Positions 28,695-39,135 of a DNA stretch of 64,000 nt are shown here, one piece after another. The stretch's first letter is position 1. Each line of letters starts with the position of its first letter. A program made the translations under genes and the position numbers. The notes below the pieces were generated by a model. It was not told the DNA's origin, made no database searches, and was given only the letters and a program-made list of their open reading frames with translations. Source of the DNA: Candidatus Subterrananammoxibius californiae (GTDB taxonomy: Bacteria > Planctomycetota > Brocadiia > Brocadiales > Subterrananammoxibiaceae); the NCBI GenBank assembly GCA_030586555.1, contig JAURAC010000003.1, positions 45,838-109,837 of the forward strand. The letters run 5' to 3'.

Positions 28695-29780
28695 TTACGT
28701 CTTTTGTAACTGTGCACAGCGGATGCCTTCGGGGTTCCAGCACTGGTTGCAGGATATGCAGTCAGCTTTAGTTTTAACGCCTTCCCTTAGCTTGTTGACT
28801 AAATCTGGTTCACGGATTAAAGGGCGGCTCAATGCAACCATATCTGCCTTCTTATCCCTGATTATACCTTCCATTACTTCAACCGACCTGATGCCGCCAA
28901 CACAGATGACAGGAACGGAGACGCACTGCTTAATCCGCCGTGCATTATCGGAGAAATATGCTTCGTCTTTTTTGCTTTTGATTTCAGCCCTTGCCGTAAC
29001 AGCCCCAGCCTCGGCAATACCACCGCTAACCTCTATGGCATCAATTCCATGGTTGTCCAGCATAATCGCAATTAGAACACTTTCTTTTATGTCCAAACCA
29101 CCACTAATTCCATCCATTGAATTGAGTTTTATAAGTATTGGATAATCATTCCCAACCTCTTTCCTGCATTCCTTCAAGACCTCGATTAATATTCTTGCCC
29201 TGTTTTCAATACTTCCTCCCCACTTATCTGTTCTGCGATTGGTGTAAGGCGATATAAACTCGCTCAGTAGGTATCCATGCGCCGCATGAAGTTGTACGCC
29301 GTCAAATCCTGCCTCTTTTGCCCGTCTGGCAGACTGCCCAAAGCATTTAATAATGTCGAGGATGTCGCTTTCGCTCATCTCCTCTGGCGTTACACCAGAA
29401 CTCGAATCCGTAATGGCAGATGGGGCAATGGGTATGCATCCGCATATTTCGGGTTTTGTTTGTCTGCCTCCGTGGGCTATTTGAAGCGCTATCTTCGCCT
29501 TATACTTATGTACCCGTTTTACTATCTTTTTATACGCAGGAATGAATTTATCGTCGTATATTGCCGCCTGCTTAAGGCTGCTCTTTCCATCTGGACGAAC
29601 GTAGGCATAGCCTGTAATGATTAGCCCTACGCCACCCTTTGCCAGTTCCTCATACATGTCTCCTAAGCGGTTGGTTACGTATCCTTCGCTATCCACCAGG
29701 GATTCATTTGTGGCGGAACGGACGAATCTGTTAGGAATTTCCATGTTGTTTATCGTTATGGGTTTAAAAAGCAGGGGCAT
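28695..29780 (-). CDS. NADH:flavin oxidoreductase (Old Yellow Enzyme family)
   Basis: NRFVRSAT, QIAHGG, AGFDGVQLHAAHGYLLSEFISP.TNRRTDKWGGS.ENR. Confidence 0.93.
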   Translation of the reverse strand: MPLLFKPITINNMEIPNRFVRSATNESLVDSEGYVTNRLGDMYEELAKGGVGLIITGYAYVRPDGKSSLKQAAIYDDKFIPAYKKIVKRVHKYKAKIALQIAHGGRQTKPEICGCIPIAPSAITDSSSGVTPEEMSESDILDIIKCFGQSARRAKEAGFDGVQLHAAHGYLLSEFISPYTNRRTDKWGGSIENRARILIEVLKECRKEVGNDYPILIKLNSMDGISGGLDIKESVLIAIMLDNHGIDAIEVSGGIAEAGAVTARAEIKSKKDEAYFSDNARRIKQCVSVPVICVGGIRSVEVMEGIIRDKKADMVALSRPLIREPDLVNKLREGVKTKADCISCNQCWNPEGIRCAQLQKT

Positions 29781-30051
29781 TTTTTGTTCTCCATTTTGAC
29801 TTTACAACCACTCCTAAATCCCCTCCTCTGCAAGGAGGGGAAAGGGGAGGTAATTCAACGATTTAATTATTAGCATAAAACTATAAATTTTACAATTAGA
29901 TTCACTTTCCTCACTACAAGCTTACAATATTGAAAACTTTTTAGAATATGTTTGACACACATAGGTATAAATGGTTAATATCCTTCATGGCGAATCCTTA
30001 TGAACTTGAGTTAATTTTTTATTTGTCCATTATTAAGTGAGGGGAGGAAAG

Positions 30052-31038
30052 ATGCCTCGGTACGATAGATACCCGGAATTTGATTTTAGTAATTTGCCGT
30101 GGGGAAAGATAAAAAAAGCCGCTATTCCGATTATTATTGGAATCGTCGTTATTGTAGGGGCTTTTTCTTCATTCTTCACCGTGAAAGCCAACGAAGAGGC
30201 GGTAATCTTGAGATTTGGTAAATACGTAGAAACGATGGGTCCAGGGCTTCACCTTAAATTGCCATTTGGAGTAGACAAGGTATTGCGTGCTGAAGTAAAA
30301 CGCATTTATAACGAGGAATTTGGTTTTAGAACCATTGGTACGGGGAGTTTTGACTATACTTCTCCTGCAGTGCAAGCAGAGTCCCTTATGTTAACAGGTG
30401 ATTTGAACTGCGCCAATGTGCATTGGGTGATTCGATACAAGATAGGAAACCTTAAAGATTACCTTTTTAATGCGCGAGATGTAAAGGATGCAATAAGAGG
30501 GGTTTCTCAGGCTGTTATGAGACAGTTAGCGGGGGATAGGTCTATTGATGAGGTTTTAACCATTGGTAGAACGGAAATAGAGGATGCAACACGTGCTGCG
30601 GTTAAGGAGCTTCTTGATAAGTTTGGCTGTGGCATAGATGTCCAGGCAGTGCTTTTGAAGGGAGTAAACCCGCCTGCCCCAGTAAAGGATGCCTTTGATG
30701 CGGTAAACCAGGCTGTACAGCTCAGGGATAAGATTATAAACGAGGCTGAGGGACAGAAAAACAAGCTGCTTCCGGCAGCGGAGGGTAAAAAGAACCAGGC
30801 AATTAAGGAAGCCGAGGGTTATAGAGTTAAACGAATAAACCAGGCAACAGGGGATACAAAGGCATTTCTTGTGGTCTACGAAGAGTATAAAAAGGCAGAG
30901 GATGTTACACGCAGGAGACTCTATCTTGAAACAATGGCAAAAATCCTTTCAAAGTGTGAGAAGCTCTACATAATTGATGAAGAACAAAAGGGCATCCTGC
31001 CAATGCTCAGGCTCGGAGAGGAAGGGGATAAAAAATGA
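30052..31038 (+). CDS. hflK: FtsH modulator HflK
   Basis: SPFH domain, MLTGD.N, AFDAVN.A, TRRRLYLETM. Confidence 0.93.
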   Translation: MPRYDRYPEFDFSNLPWGKIKKAAIPIIIGIVVIVGAFSSFFTVKANEEAVILRFGKYVETMGPGLHLKLPFGVDKVLRAEVKRIYNEEFGFRTIGTGSFDYTSPAVQAESLMLTGDLNCANVHWVIRYKIGNLKDYLFNARDVKDAIRGVSQAVMRQLAGDRSIDEVLTIGRTEIEDATRAAVKELLDKFGCGIDVQAVLLKGVNPPAPVKDAFDAVNQAVQLRDKIINEAEGQKNKLLPAAEGKKNQAIKEAEGYRVKRINQATGDTKAFLVVYEEYKKAEDVTRRRLYLETMAKILSKCEKLYIIDEEQKGILPMLRLGEEGDKK

Positions 31039-31994
31039 GAGGGAACTTGATAGCCGTTATTGTAGGAATTGCCATTATAGCTATTGTGATTATTCTTAAC
31101 AGCGCCCTTTATGTAGTAGATATTCGAGAACAAGCCATAGTAACCCAATTCGGCAAACCTGTTAGAGCCGTACCTATGCCAGGACTTTATAGTAAAATCC
31201 CCTTCATTCAAACGGTAAGATACTTCGACAAGAGGATACTGGAATGGGATGGGGAACCAAGCGATATACTTACACGGGATAAGGAGAATATAGGGGTAGA
31301 TACATGGGCAAGGTGGCGGATTGTTGACTCACTAAAATTTTATACCTCTTTGGGGACTGAGAGTCGAGGACAAGGAGTGCTTGATGAAGTTATCGAGTCG
31401 GCAACAAAGAATGTAGTTAGTGCATATCCTTTAAAAGAGGTCCTTAGGGATTCTAATCGCAAACTCGAATATACAACTAAAGAGTTGGAAGAGGCTGAAA
31501 TTGCCAAAGGTATCTCTATTACAAAAGGGCGTAACAGGCTTTTAGAAGAAATCTATCAGATGGCATCGCGAGGGCTTGAAGATAAGTATGGGATAGAACT
31601 TATTGACGTTAGGATTGAGTTCATAAATTATGTGCAGGCAGTCATCCCCAAGATATACGACAGGATGCGTTCCGAGCGCATAAGGATAGCTAATAAGTAC
31701 GAATCGGAAGGCAGAAGGGAGGAAGCAGAGATTCTCGGTTTAATGAAACGTGAACTCGAAAGAATAGAATCTGAGGGTTATAAAGAGGCAAAGGAAATAA
31801 TGGGACAGGCAGACGCTGAAGCTATTAAGATTTACGCCGAGGCATATCAGAAGGCGCCAGAATTTTATTCATTCTTAAAGACCTTAGAGACATACGAAAA
31901 AACCTTCGACAAAAATACAAACCTCATTCTGAGCACCGATGGAGACTACTTCAAATACCTAAAAACCTATGCAGAGGAGAAAGGTCAGGATTAA
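31035..31994 (+). CDS. hflC: FtsH modulator HflC
   Basis: QFGKPV, KIPFIQ.V.YFDKRIL, IYDRMRSER, PEFYSFLKTL. Confidence 0.93.
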   Translation: MRGNLIAVIVGIAIIAIVIILNSALYVVDIREQAIVTQFGKPVRAVPMPGLYSKIPFIQTVRYFDKRILEWDGEPSDILTRDKENIGVDTWARWRIVDSLKFYTSLGTESRGQGVLDEVIESATKNVVSAYPLKEVLRDSNRKLEYTTKELEEAEIAKGISITKGRNRLLEEIYQMASRGLEDKYGIELIDVRIEFINYVQAVIPKIYDRMRSERIRIANKYESEGRREEAEILGLMKRELERIESEGYKEAKEIMGQADAEAIKIYAEAYQKAPEFYSFLKTLETYEKTFDKNTNLILSTDGDYFKYLKTYAEEKGQD

Positions 31995-32054
31995 TTTACA
32001 AATCACGCCTGTGTGAGTCTTAGATTCTTGCCTACGCAAGCCTTTGATTCTCAG

Positions 32055-32300
32055 TTATATCAATTTTTTTAGCCATCTGTAATGCAAGACAAGATGGACT
32101 ACCATGATTACTATTAAGATTAGAGCAATGTAAGCATGAATGCTCGCCCAGGTGTGTCGGCACATCCCTGCAAACGGCGTACAGGCAGGGTTGCCATGCC
32201 CTCTCGGGATGACAAACCAGATAATAAAACCCGTTGATACCGTAAATAGAGATAGAAAAAGCATTATTAAGTTTATCGTGTTATTAAAATTTCTTTTCAT
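32055..32300 (-). CDS. DUF4405 small membrane protein
   Basis: STG..W, RHTWASIH...VHLVLH..W. Confidence 0.75.
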   Translation of the reverse strand: MKRNFNNTINLIMLFLSLFTVSTGFIIWFVIPRGHGNPACTPFAGMCRHTWASIHAYIALILIVIMVVHLVLHYRWLKKLI

Positions 32301-32644
32301 TATACCCCTCCTGTATAGCTCAGAAGCTTTGCCTCTCGCAATGATACACTGTGCGCCTTCTTTTGGTATAGTAATTGCGTAATGTTATAGGTTACCTGTT
32401 GTAGAGAAGCAAAAATAAAAATAATATAAATTTATAAAGTAGGATTATACTACATTTTTTATTATCTTACATGCTGGAAATTTTTGAAGCATTTAATAGA
32501 AGACACTATGGTGCATTCAGAACACACAAAGTCCGTCGTCTACCATAAACATACTCGATACCATGGTAGACCACGAAGTTTCTTACGCATAAGGTGTATT
32601 GGTATTTCAACTTTTTAAAAAACATGGGCGGGGAAAATGGGAAA

Positions 32645-34414
32645 ATGGCAATTAACAGGAGGTTTTTTGGGAGCATCGGGAAGAAAATCCTGCTATGGTT
32701 TCTAATCATATCCATTATACCTGCCGGAGGCATGACCTTTATAAGTTACTGGCATAGTAAGAAATTATTAAAGGAACAGCTTACCGAACTTCTCGAACGC
32801 ACAGTCGACATGGTGAGCAAAGAAGTTTACTGTCTCTTAGAGGCTAAGAAGTCAAGGATAGTAAATTTTAGTTCCGATGGATTTATCAGGGAGGCTGTTA
32901 CGGCAATAAACTCTGGAGTGGCTGAGAGTAAAAGGGTAGTCAAAGAACTCAACTATCACCTGTTAGTAAACAAGCTTCCATTAGATTCTGATATTATGGA
33001 GATTTTTATTACCGATTTGGATGGAAAAGTCATTGGCTCTACTAATGAAATACGGTTAGAAACTGATGTCTCAGATGCAAATTATTTCATCGAGGGACGG
33101 AGGCGTGAGCTTTACTTTAGTGACGTACACTGTTTTAACAATGAATATGAGCCCATAGTAACCGCGTCCAAGGTCTTAACAAATGTAAGAACGAACGACC
33201 CTGTAGGAATGTTAGTGATTATCATAAAAGGAGACGTCCTTTGCAATATTACCAGAAGCTGGGATAATACAAAAGACAACAGTACCCCCAGATTCCGCGG
33301 CATGGGTCTCACGGGGGATGTCTACGTTGTCAATGGAGACTACCTGATGATTACGGAATCGAGATTTGTAGAAAACACTATTTTGAGACAGGTAGTAGAT
33401 ACCAAACCCGTGAAAAGAGCCTTCACGCGAGGAGAAGAAATGTCCGGGGTTTACTTAGATTATAGGGGGTCTGAAGTCCTCGGAACCTCAAGATTAATAG
33501 ATGAAATGGGGTGGGTAATTGTAGCAGAAAAGGAACTGGCTGAGGCAATTGAACCTATAAATGGGTTAAGGAACATTGGTATAGGTTTAAGCAGTGTGGG
33601 CGCAGTGGTTGTCATAATTGTTGCCTTCTCTATTGCACGCAGTCTAACTAACCCCTTTCACAAACTCGTTACAGCAATGGAAAAGGTGGCAGAAGGCAAC
33701 CTGGATTACCACATATTAACCACCGCGAAGGATGAGATTGGATATCTCTCAAATTCCTTTAACGTAATGACTGATAGCCTTAAAGAGGCAAAGACACGAC
33801 ATGAAAGTGACATCAAGATACTCAAGGAAACCCAGCTCACAACAATGGTCAGGTTAGCGATGCTTGCCGAAAAAAGAGACCCCGAAACAGGGGAGCATCT
33901 CGACAGGATAAAGGAATATTCAAGATTGATTGCCGTAGGATTACGCCGCACAGAAAAATATAAAAAATTTGTTAATGATAAATTTATTGAGATGCTGGTT
34001 CAATCAAGCCCGCTTCATGATATAGGAAAGGTTGCCATCCCTGATAGTATACTCTTGAAAAAAGGAAGTTTAACAAAAGATGAATTTGAGATAATGAAAC
34101 AACATACCATTAAAGGCGCAGAAATCCTTAAAGGTCCTGAATTTTTAAAGATGGGTTATGAGATTGCCCTTTACCATCATGAAAAATGGGATGGGAGTGG
34201 CTATCCCTATGGTCTTTCTGATGGCGCTATCCCGCTTTCTGCAAGGATTGTTGCCCTGGCGGATATGTACGACGCCCTTACCACTAAAAGGGTCTATAAA
34301 GAAGCCGTGCCGCACAAGGAAGCCTACTCAATTGTACTTAGTGAATCAGGAAAATCGTTCGACCCGGAAGTTGAACAGGTATTTAAAGATATTGTAGGAA
34401 ATTTATTGAATTAA
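32645..34414 (+). CDS. Cache-HAMP-HD-GYP c-di-GMP phosphodiesterase
   Basis: Two TM helices, DEIG.L..SFN.M, ETGEH..R, HDIGK, HHEKWDGSGYP. Confidence 0.9.
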   Translation: MAINRRFFGSIGKKILLWFLIISIIPAGGMTFISYWHSKKLLKEQLTELLERTVDMVSKEVYCLLEAKKSRIVNFSSDGFIREAVTAINSGVAESKRVVKELNYHLLVNKLPLDSDIMEIFITDLDGKVIGSTNEIRLETDVSDANYFIEGRRRELYFSDVHCFNNEYEPIVTASKVLTNVRTNDPVGMLVIIIKGDVLCNITRSWDNTKDNSTPRFRGMGLTGDVYVVNGDYLMITESRFVENTILRQVVDTKPVKRAFTRGEEMSGVYLDYRGSEVLGTSRLIDEMGWVIVAEKELAEAIEPINGLRNIGIGLSSVGAVVVIIVAFSIARSLTNPFHKLVTAMEKVAEGNLDYHILTTAKDEIGYLSNSFNVMTDSLKEAKTRHESDIKILKETQLTTMVRLAMLAEKRDPETGEHLDRIKEYSRLIAVGLRRTEKYKKFVNDKFIEMLVQSSPLHDIGKVAIPDSILLKKGSLTKDEFEIMKQHTIKGAEILKGPEFLKMGYEIALYHHEKWDGSGYPYGLSDGAIPLSARIVALADMYDALTTKRVYKEAVPHKEAYSIVLSESGKSFDPEVEQVFKDIVGNLLN

Positions 34415-34422
34415 AAAAGGAC

Positions 34423-35205
34423 CTACGTATCTGGCAGGTCAAACTTTTTATATTTCTTCAGATAACGTACAATGCAATAAAATACAAAGATAGGTATGAG
34501 GCATAGAGACAAAACCAGCATACTCCTTTTTCTTGAGGCGTATCCAAAGTACAGAAACTCTTCCCATATCTCCAAGAAGATGGCACTACTAACCCATATA
34601 CAAATTAAGTTGTATTCCTTCTTTAAGAAGCGGGTCCAATTAAATGTTCCACCACTAAGCGTATTTCGGATGCCGGTGAAACGTGGAATGAATCGAGGCA
34701 CACGCTTGCAATATGCCTCATACTCCGCTCCAAACTTCTCTTTAAGAAATGACTCCTCAGCCACGACAATTGCCAAATAGCCAAATAGGAAGAAACTAAA
34801 CCCGAGGATATATACCCATATTGAATTATAAATGATGCCCAAGCCAATAAGAATCAAGATATTCCCAAGGTATAGCGGATTACGTGAATGGGCGAAGATG
34901 CCACCAGTTACCAGCCTATCTGCTGCTATTTTCTTATCCCTTCCTCCCCGCTTGATGTAGTCATGCCCTATAGTCAATGCCCGTAATACCTGTCCTGACA
35001 GAGCAACAGTAAAGCCTACGCCATCCATGCAGTTATCCAGAAGTTCGCTTCCAAAAATAAATTTTGGCCTTGTGCTGAAAATTAATATGAAATCAACCAG
35101 GAAAAATACGGTATTCCGCCAGCGGAAGAGGAAGACTCCGACCTTTATAATGAACTGTCGAAAGATAGAGGCATACCACGAACCTAATTCTGCTTTGGTT
35201 GTCAT
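34423..35205 (-). CDS. Isoprenylcysteine carboxyl methyltransferase (ICMT/PEMT)-family membrane protein
   Basis: LVTGG.FAHSRNPLYLGN, EE.FL...FG.EY..Y...VPRF; ATGA overlap with cmoA. Confidence 0.85.
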   Translation of the reverse strand: MTTKAELGSWYASIFRQFIIKVGVFLFRWRNTVFFLVDFILIFSTRPKFIFGSELLDNCMDGVGFTVALSGQVLRALTIGHDYIKRGGRDKKIAADRLVTGGIFAHSRNPLYLGNILILIGLGIIYNSIWVYILGFSFFLFGYLAIVVAEESFLKEKFGAEYEAYCKRVPRFIPRFTGIRNTLSGGTFNWTRFLKKEYNLICIWVSSAIFLEIWEEFLYFGYASRKRSMLVLSLCLIPIFVFYCIVRYLKKYKKFDLPDT

Positions 35206-35927
35206 TTTAGTGCCACCATCCCACAAAAGCTATACCACTTGAAGAAAACATCGTGACCTGTAAAACCTGCTTTAATTAAAAGCTCCTTGTTTTCATCTAA
35301 TCGGTAAGGGATGAGGATGTTTTCTAAAGCCTCCCTCTTTTGTGATATTTCCAATTCCGTATATCCATTTCGTTTCTTCATCTCGTAGTAATATTTAATG
35401 AACATTCTGTTAAACGGCGAATTATTGCCCAATACTTTTTCGACGAGGATTAAACAACCGTTTTCATTCAATCCATCAAAAATACTCTTTACCACATGGT
35501 CTCGATACAAAGGGCGTACAAATTGAAGGGTTAAATTCATAACCACAACGGATGCATTTGTAACACGGACCCCATTATTTAAGTCTGAACAAATAAGCTC
35601 GTATTCTTTTGAAAAATTGTTTTTAGAAAATCTTTCTTTGCATTTATCAAGCATATCTTGCGAATAGTCAAGCCCGATGTATTTAACATTCCTTTTTACA
35701 GCCTTGTATATGTTGAAAAGAGTAATGCCTGTGGAACATCCCAAATCATAAATATTAGTACCGTCCACTGCAAAATCTGCAGCTATTTCGCCTATCATCC
35801 TCTGTATTTCATTATAGAAGGGGACAGAACGTTCGAGCATGTCATCAAAAACTGACGCTGTCTCCTTTCCAAAATTAAAGTCAAACATCTTCTCTTTTTT
35901 ATTCGCAAATAATTCGTCTTTACCCAT
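35202..35927 (-). CDS. cmoA: Carboxy-S-adenosyl-L-methionine synthase
   Basis: VFDDMLERSVPFY, YDLGCSTG, TLQFVRP, EISQKREALEN. Confidence 0.92.
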   Translation of the reverse strand: MGKDELFANKKEKMFDFNFGKETASVFDDMLERSVPFYNEIQRMIGEIAADFAVDGTNIYDLGCSTGITLFNIYKAVKRNVKYIGLDYSQDMLDKCKERFSKNNFSKEYELICSDLNNGVRVTNASVVVMNLTLQFVRPLYRDHVVKSIFDGLNENGCLILVEKVLGNNSPFNRMFIKYYYEMKKRNGYTELEISQKREALENILIPYRLDENKELLIKAGFTGHDVFFKWYSFCGMVALK

Positions 35928-35959
35928 TTTGCAATGTTATATCACATTAAAAAAAATAG

Positions 35960-38900
35960 TCAAGTCTTACCTATTTTTTTGAAAAAAAGTCGCATCCTCT
36001 CAAAGAGTTCATAAACCGTGGGGATTACGACAAGGGTTAGAATAGTGGATGCGGCGAGTCCTCCTATAACGGTTATGCCCATTGGGGACCTCAACTCGGC
36101 ACCTTTCCCTATGCCGAGGGATAGTGGAATTAAGCCTAATATAGTTGTTAACGTAGTCATTAAGATTGGTCTCAAGCGCATTTTGCCAGCTTCTATGATT
36201 GCCTCTCTTCTTTCTAATCCTTCCTGTCTGCGCCTGTTAATGCAGTCTATCAGTACAATGGCATTATTAACGACTATTCCAGAAAGCATAACTACTCCAA
36301 TAAGCGCTACGATGCTTATTAACTGCCTGGTTATATATAATGCGAGTGCAACGCCTATAATTCCAAAAGGTATAGTAAACATTATAACGAATGGATGAAG
36401 TAACGATTCGAACTGAGCCGCCATTACAAGATAAACAAGAAATATTGCCAGCGCCCCGGCAAAAACCATGCTCGGTACGGCAATACGCATCTCACGACTT
36501 TGTCCACTTACACGTATTTCATAATCCTTTGGCAGGAAAATGTTAGCCATTCTTTTTTCTATCTCTTGTATAGCAGTTTTTAGGTCCGTGCCTTTGATGT
36601 TTGCATAGACCACGACGACACGATTGCGGTCAATTCGCCTGATTTCGCTTGGCCCTTCTTCTATCCCGATATCTGCAACAGAGCCTAAGGTGACAGGTAT
36701 TTTGGCTTCAGGATTTATTACAAGTCTTTTAATGTCTTCAACGCTTTCCACATCGGGTCTTCTTGCCCTTACACGGACGTCTATCTTGCGGTCTCGCCTG
36801 GAAAACTCGGTACCCACCTCCCCTAATACATTGCTTCTTATAAGAGAGCCAACCGTATCAATATTTAAGCCGAGCTGGGCGAGCTTCTGGCGGTTAAAGA
36901 CGATTTGAATCTCAGGGTTACCTTGCCTCGGTGGGCTGGGTTTAATATCCGTTACCCAGGGGATTGGCTTAAATGCCGCGAGCACCTGTTCAGAGATTTT
37001 TTCGAGGATTCTCAAGTCGTACCCCTTAATCTCTACCTCAATCGGCGTGGCCAACGAAAAGTATGCAGGACGAGAGAACTTATTTTCCACTGCCGGACTG
37101 TCTTTAAAAGCATCTCGAAGGCTATCTATTACCTGTTCCTCTTGCTCAGGGGTTACGTCATCTTTAAGGGTCACGTTTATTCCCCCAACATATTCACGTT
37201 CCTCGCTTGCAGAGCCCCCGGATTGGCTGGTGGAACCAGCAATACTATAGATTTTTTTTACGTAAGGATTTCTCATTACAATCCCTTCCATTTGTTTTAT
37301 AGTATCGAGGGTTATTTCAAGGGGTGTGCCTGCTGGTTTTTTTATGTTAATAAAGAACTCGCCCTGGCTCATTTCAGGAATCAACTCCATACCTAAACCT
37401 TTATAAGCAAACCAGGAACTGCCGAGCGCCGCTATCGTACATCCAATCACTATTAATTTATGTGAGATTGCAAAACTGATTACCTTTGGATATGTTCTTT
37501 CTACTGCTGAATAGACAAGATTAAAGACCTTCAGGAAGGGATACAACACCACTAAGAAGCCCTTCTGAACAAGTAAGAGGAGGAGTTCAAATATTGCCCA
37601 GTTTGATAATGAGGCTAACATTGGAATCAAGGTAATTGCTACAAAAAGCGATGTAAGCAATGAAAAGCACACGGTTAACGCTGTATCTCTAAAAAGCTGC
37701 CCTGCAATTCCCTTGACGAATACTATGGGAAAGAATACACAAACGGTGGTAAACGTTGAAGCCATTACGGCAGACACAACATCACTTGCTCCACGATTGG
37801 CGGCCTCAAAAGAATTTAACCCTTTTTGCCGATAACGTTCGATGCTTTCGAGCACAACAATAGAATTATCAACCAGCATACCAATTCCAAGCGCTAAGCC
37901 TCCGAGGGACATGATATTGAGCGAAACACCAGAAATATACATAAAAAAGAAGGTTGCCACAATGGAAAGAGGGATAGAAAAACCGATAATCAGGGTGGTC
38001 TTAAGCGTTCTCAAGAAGAAGAACAATATTATTACTGCCAGGATGCCACCCAATATGGCGGTGTTGACAACTTCTTTTATGGATTGTTCAATGAACCTGG
38101 ACTGGTCAAAGACAATCTCCATTTTCAGGTTATTAGAAAATTTTTTCAGTGATTCGTTCAATCCTTCTAATTTTTCCTTAATAAGCCTTGCTACCGTAAC
38201 GGTATTAGCATCCGCCTCTTTAAATATAGCAATTTCCAGGCTTTCCCTGCCATTCAAGCGGGTTATTACACTTCTTTCTTTATAACCTTTTGTTACGGTT
38301 GAAACATCGCCAAGTACGATTGGCACATTATTTTTGACGTCAAGTACGATGTCATCAATCTCCTCAACACGCTTGAATTCATTAAAGGTACGTATCAGAT
38401 ATTCTGCTTCGCCTTCCTTGATGCTGCCACCTGTTAAGTTAACGTTTTCCTCTTTCAGGCGGGCAGCGACCTTTGAGATTGGTATGCCGAGGCTGGCAAG
38501 TTTAGCCTCTTGAATTTCAACGTGTATCTCTTCCTGAAGGCCGCCGCTGACCTTTACAGCGGCAACGCCCCCACGGCCACTAAGACCCGCGCCTAAAAGG
38601 CTACCGCCTTCCCTTACCTCTCCAGCAAGGCCTTCTAATACTGGTTTTATCTCCTCCTCTGCAATTAGACGCAATGCAACAAGGCTTTCCTCACCATAAA
38701 GGCTGATGCGCATGATAGGGTCAAGGGATGGGTCAAAACGCAATAGCACAGGCTGCTCAGCCTCTTTTGGAAGCGTTACAAGGTCGAGCTTCTCTCGTAC
38801 ATTAAGAGATGCGAAGTCCATGTTGGTCTTCCAATCAAATTCAATTACCACGTCTGAAACATCAGGCCTGGATATGGAAGTTACACGAACAACATTTGGT

Positions 38901-39121
38901 ATTATGCTAACGGCATCCTCGATAGGTTTTGAAATAAGTGTTTCTATCTCGTTAGGCGCTGTGCCAGTGTAATTAGTTCTGACGGTAAGGGTGGGATATG
39001 AAATATCTGGCAAAAGATTGATAGGTAACTTATCAAACGAAATCCAGCCAAAGATACATAACGCTGCCATCAGCATTACGACCGTTACTGGCCTTCTTAT
39101 GGAAAATTCAACAATCTTCAT
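35960..39121 (-). CDS. RND efflux permease (AcrB/AcrD/AcrF family)
   Basis: RRPVT, GMLVDNSIVV.E, GIVVNNAIV, RLRPILMT. Confidence 0.95.
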   Translation of the reverse strand: MKIVEFSIRRPVTVVMLMAALCIFGWISFDKLPINLLPDISYPTLTVRTNYTGTAPNEIETLISKPIEDAVSIIPNVVRVTSISRPDVSDVVIEFDWKTNMDFASLNVREKLDLVTLPKEAEQPVLLRFDPSLDPIMRISLYGEESLVALRLIAEEEIKPVLEGLAGEVREGGSLLGAGLSGRGGVAAVKVSGGLQEEIHVEIQEAKLASLGIPISKVAARLKEENVNLTGGSIKEGEAEYLIRTFNEFKRVEEIDDIVLDVKNNVPIVLGDVSTVTKGYKERSVITRLNGRESLEIAIFKEADANTVTVARLIKEKLEGLNESLKKFSNNLKMEIVFDQSRFIEQSIKEVVNTAILGGILAVIILFFFLRTLKTTLIIGFSIPLSIVATFFFMYISGVSLNIMSLGGLALGIGMLVDNSIVVLESIERYRQKGLNSFEAANRGASDVVSAVMASTFTTVCVFFPIVFVKGIAGQLFRDTALTVCFSLLTSLFVAITLIPMLASLSNWAIFELLLLLVQKGFLVVLYPFLKVFNLVYSAVERTYPKVISFAISHKLIVIGCTIAALGSSWFAYKGLGMELIPEMSQGEFFINIKKPAGTPLEITLDTIKQMEGIVMRNPYVKKIYSIAGSTSQSGGSASEEREYVGGINVTLKDDVTPEQEEQVIDSLRDAFKDSPAVENKFSRPAYFSLATPIEVEIKGYDLRILEKISEQVLAAFKPIPWVTDIKPSPPRQGNPEIQIVFNRQKLAQLGLNIDTVGSLIRSNVLGEVGTEFSRRDRKIDVRVRARRPDVESVEDIKRLVINPEAKIPVTLGSVADIGIEEGPSEIRRIDRNRVVVVYANIKGTDLKTAIQEIEKRMANIFLPKDYEIRVSGQSREMRIAVPSMVFAGALAIFLVYLVMAAQFESLLHPFVIMFTIPFGIIGVALALYITRQLISIVALIGVVMLSGIVVNNAIVLIDCINRRRQEGLERREAIIEAGKMRLRPILMTTLTTILGLIPLSLGIGKGAELRSPMGITVIGGLAASTILTLVVIPTVYELFERMRLFFKKIGKT

Positions 39122-39135
39122 CGGTGGGACTTATA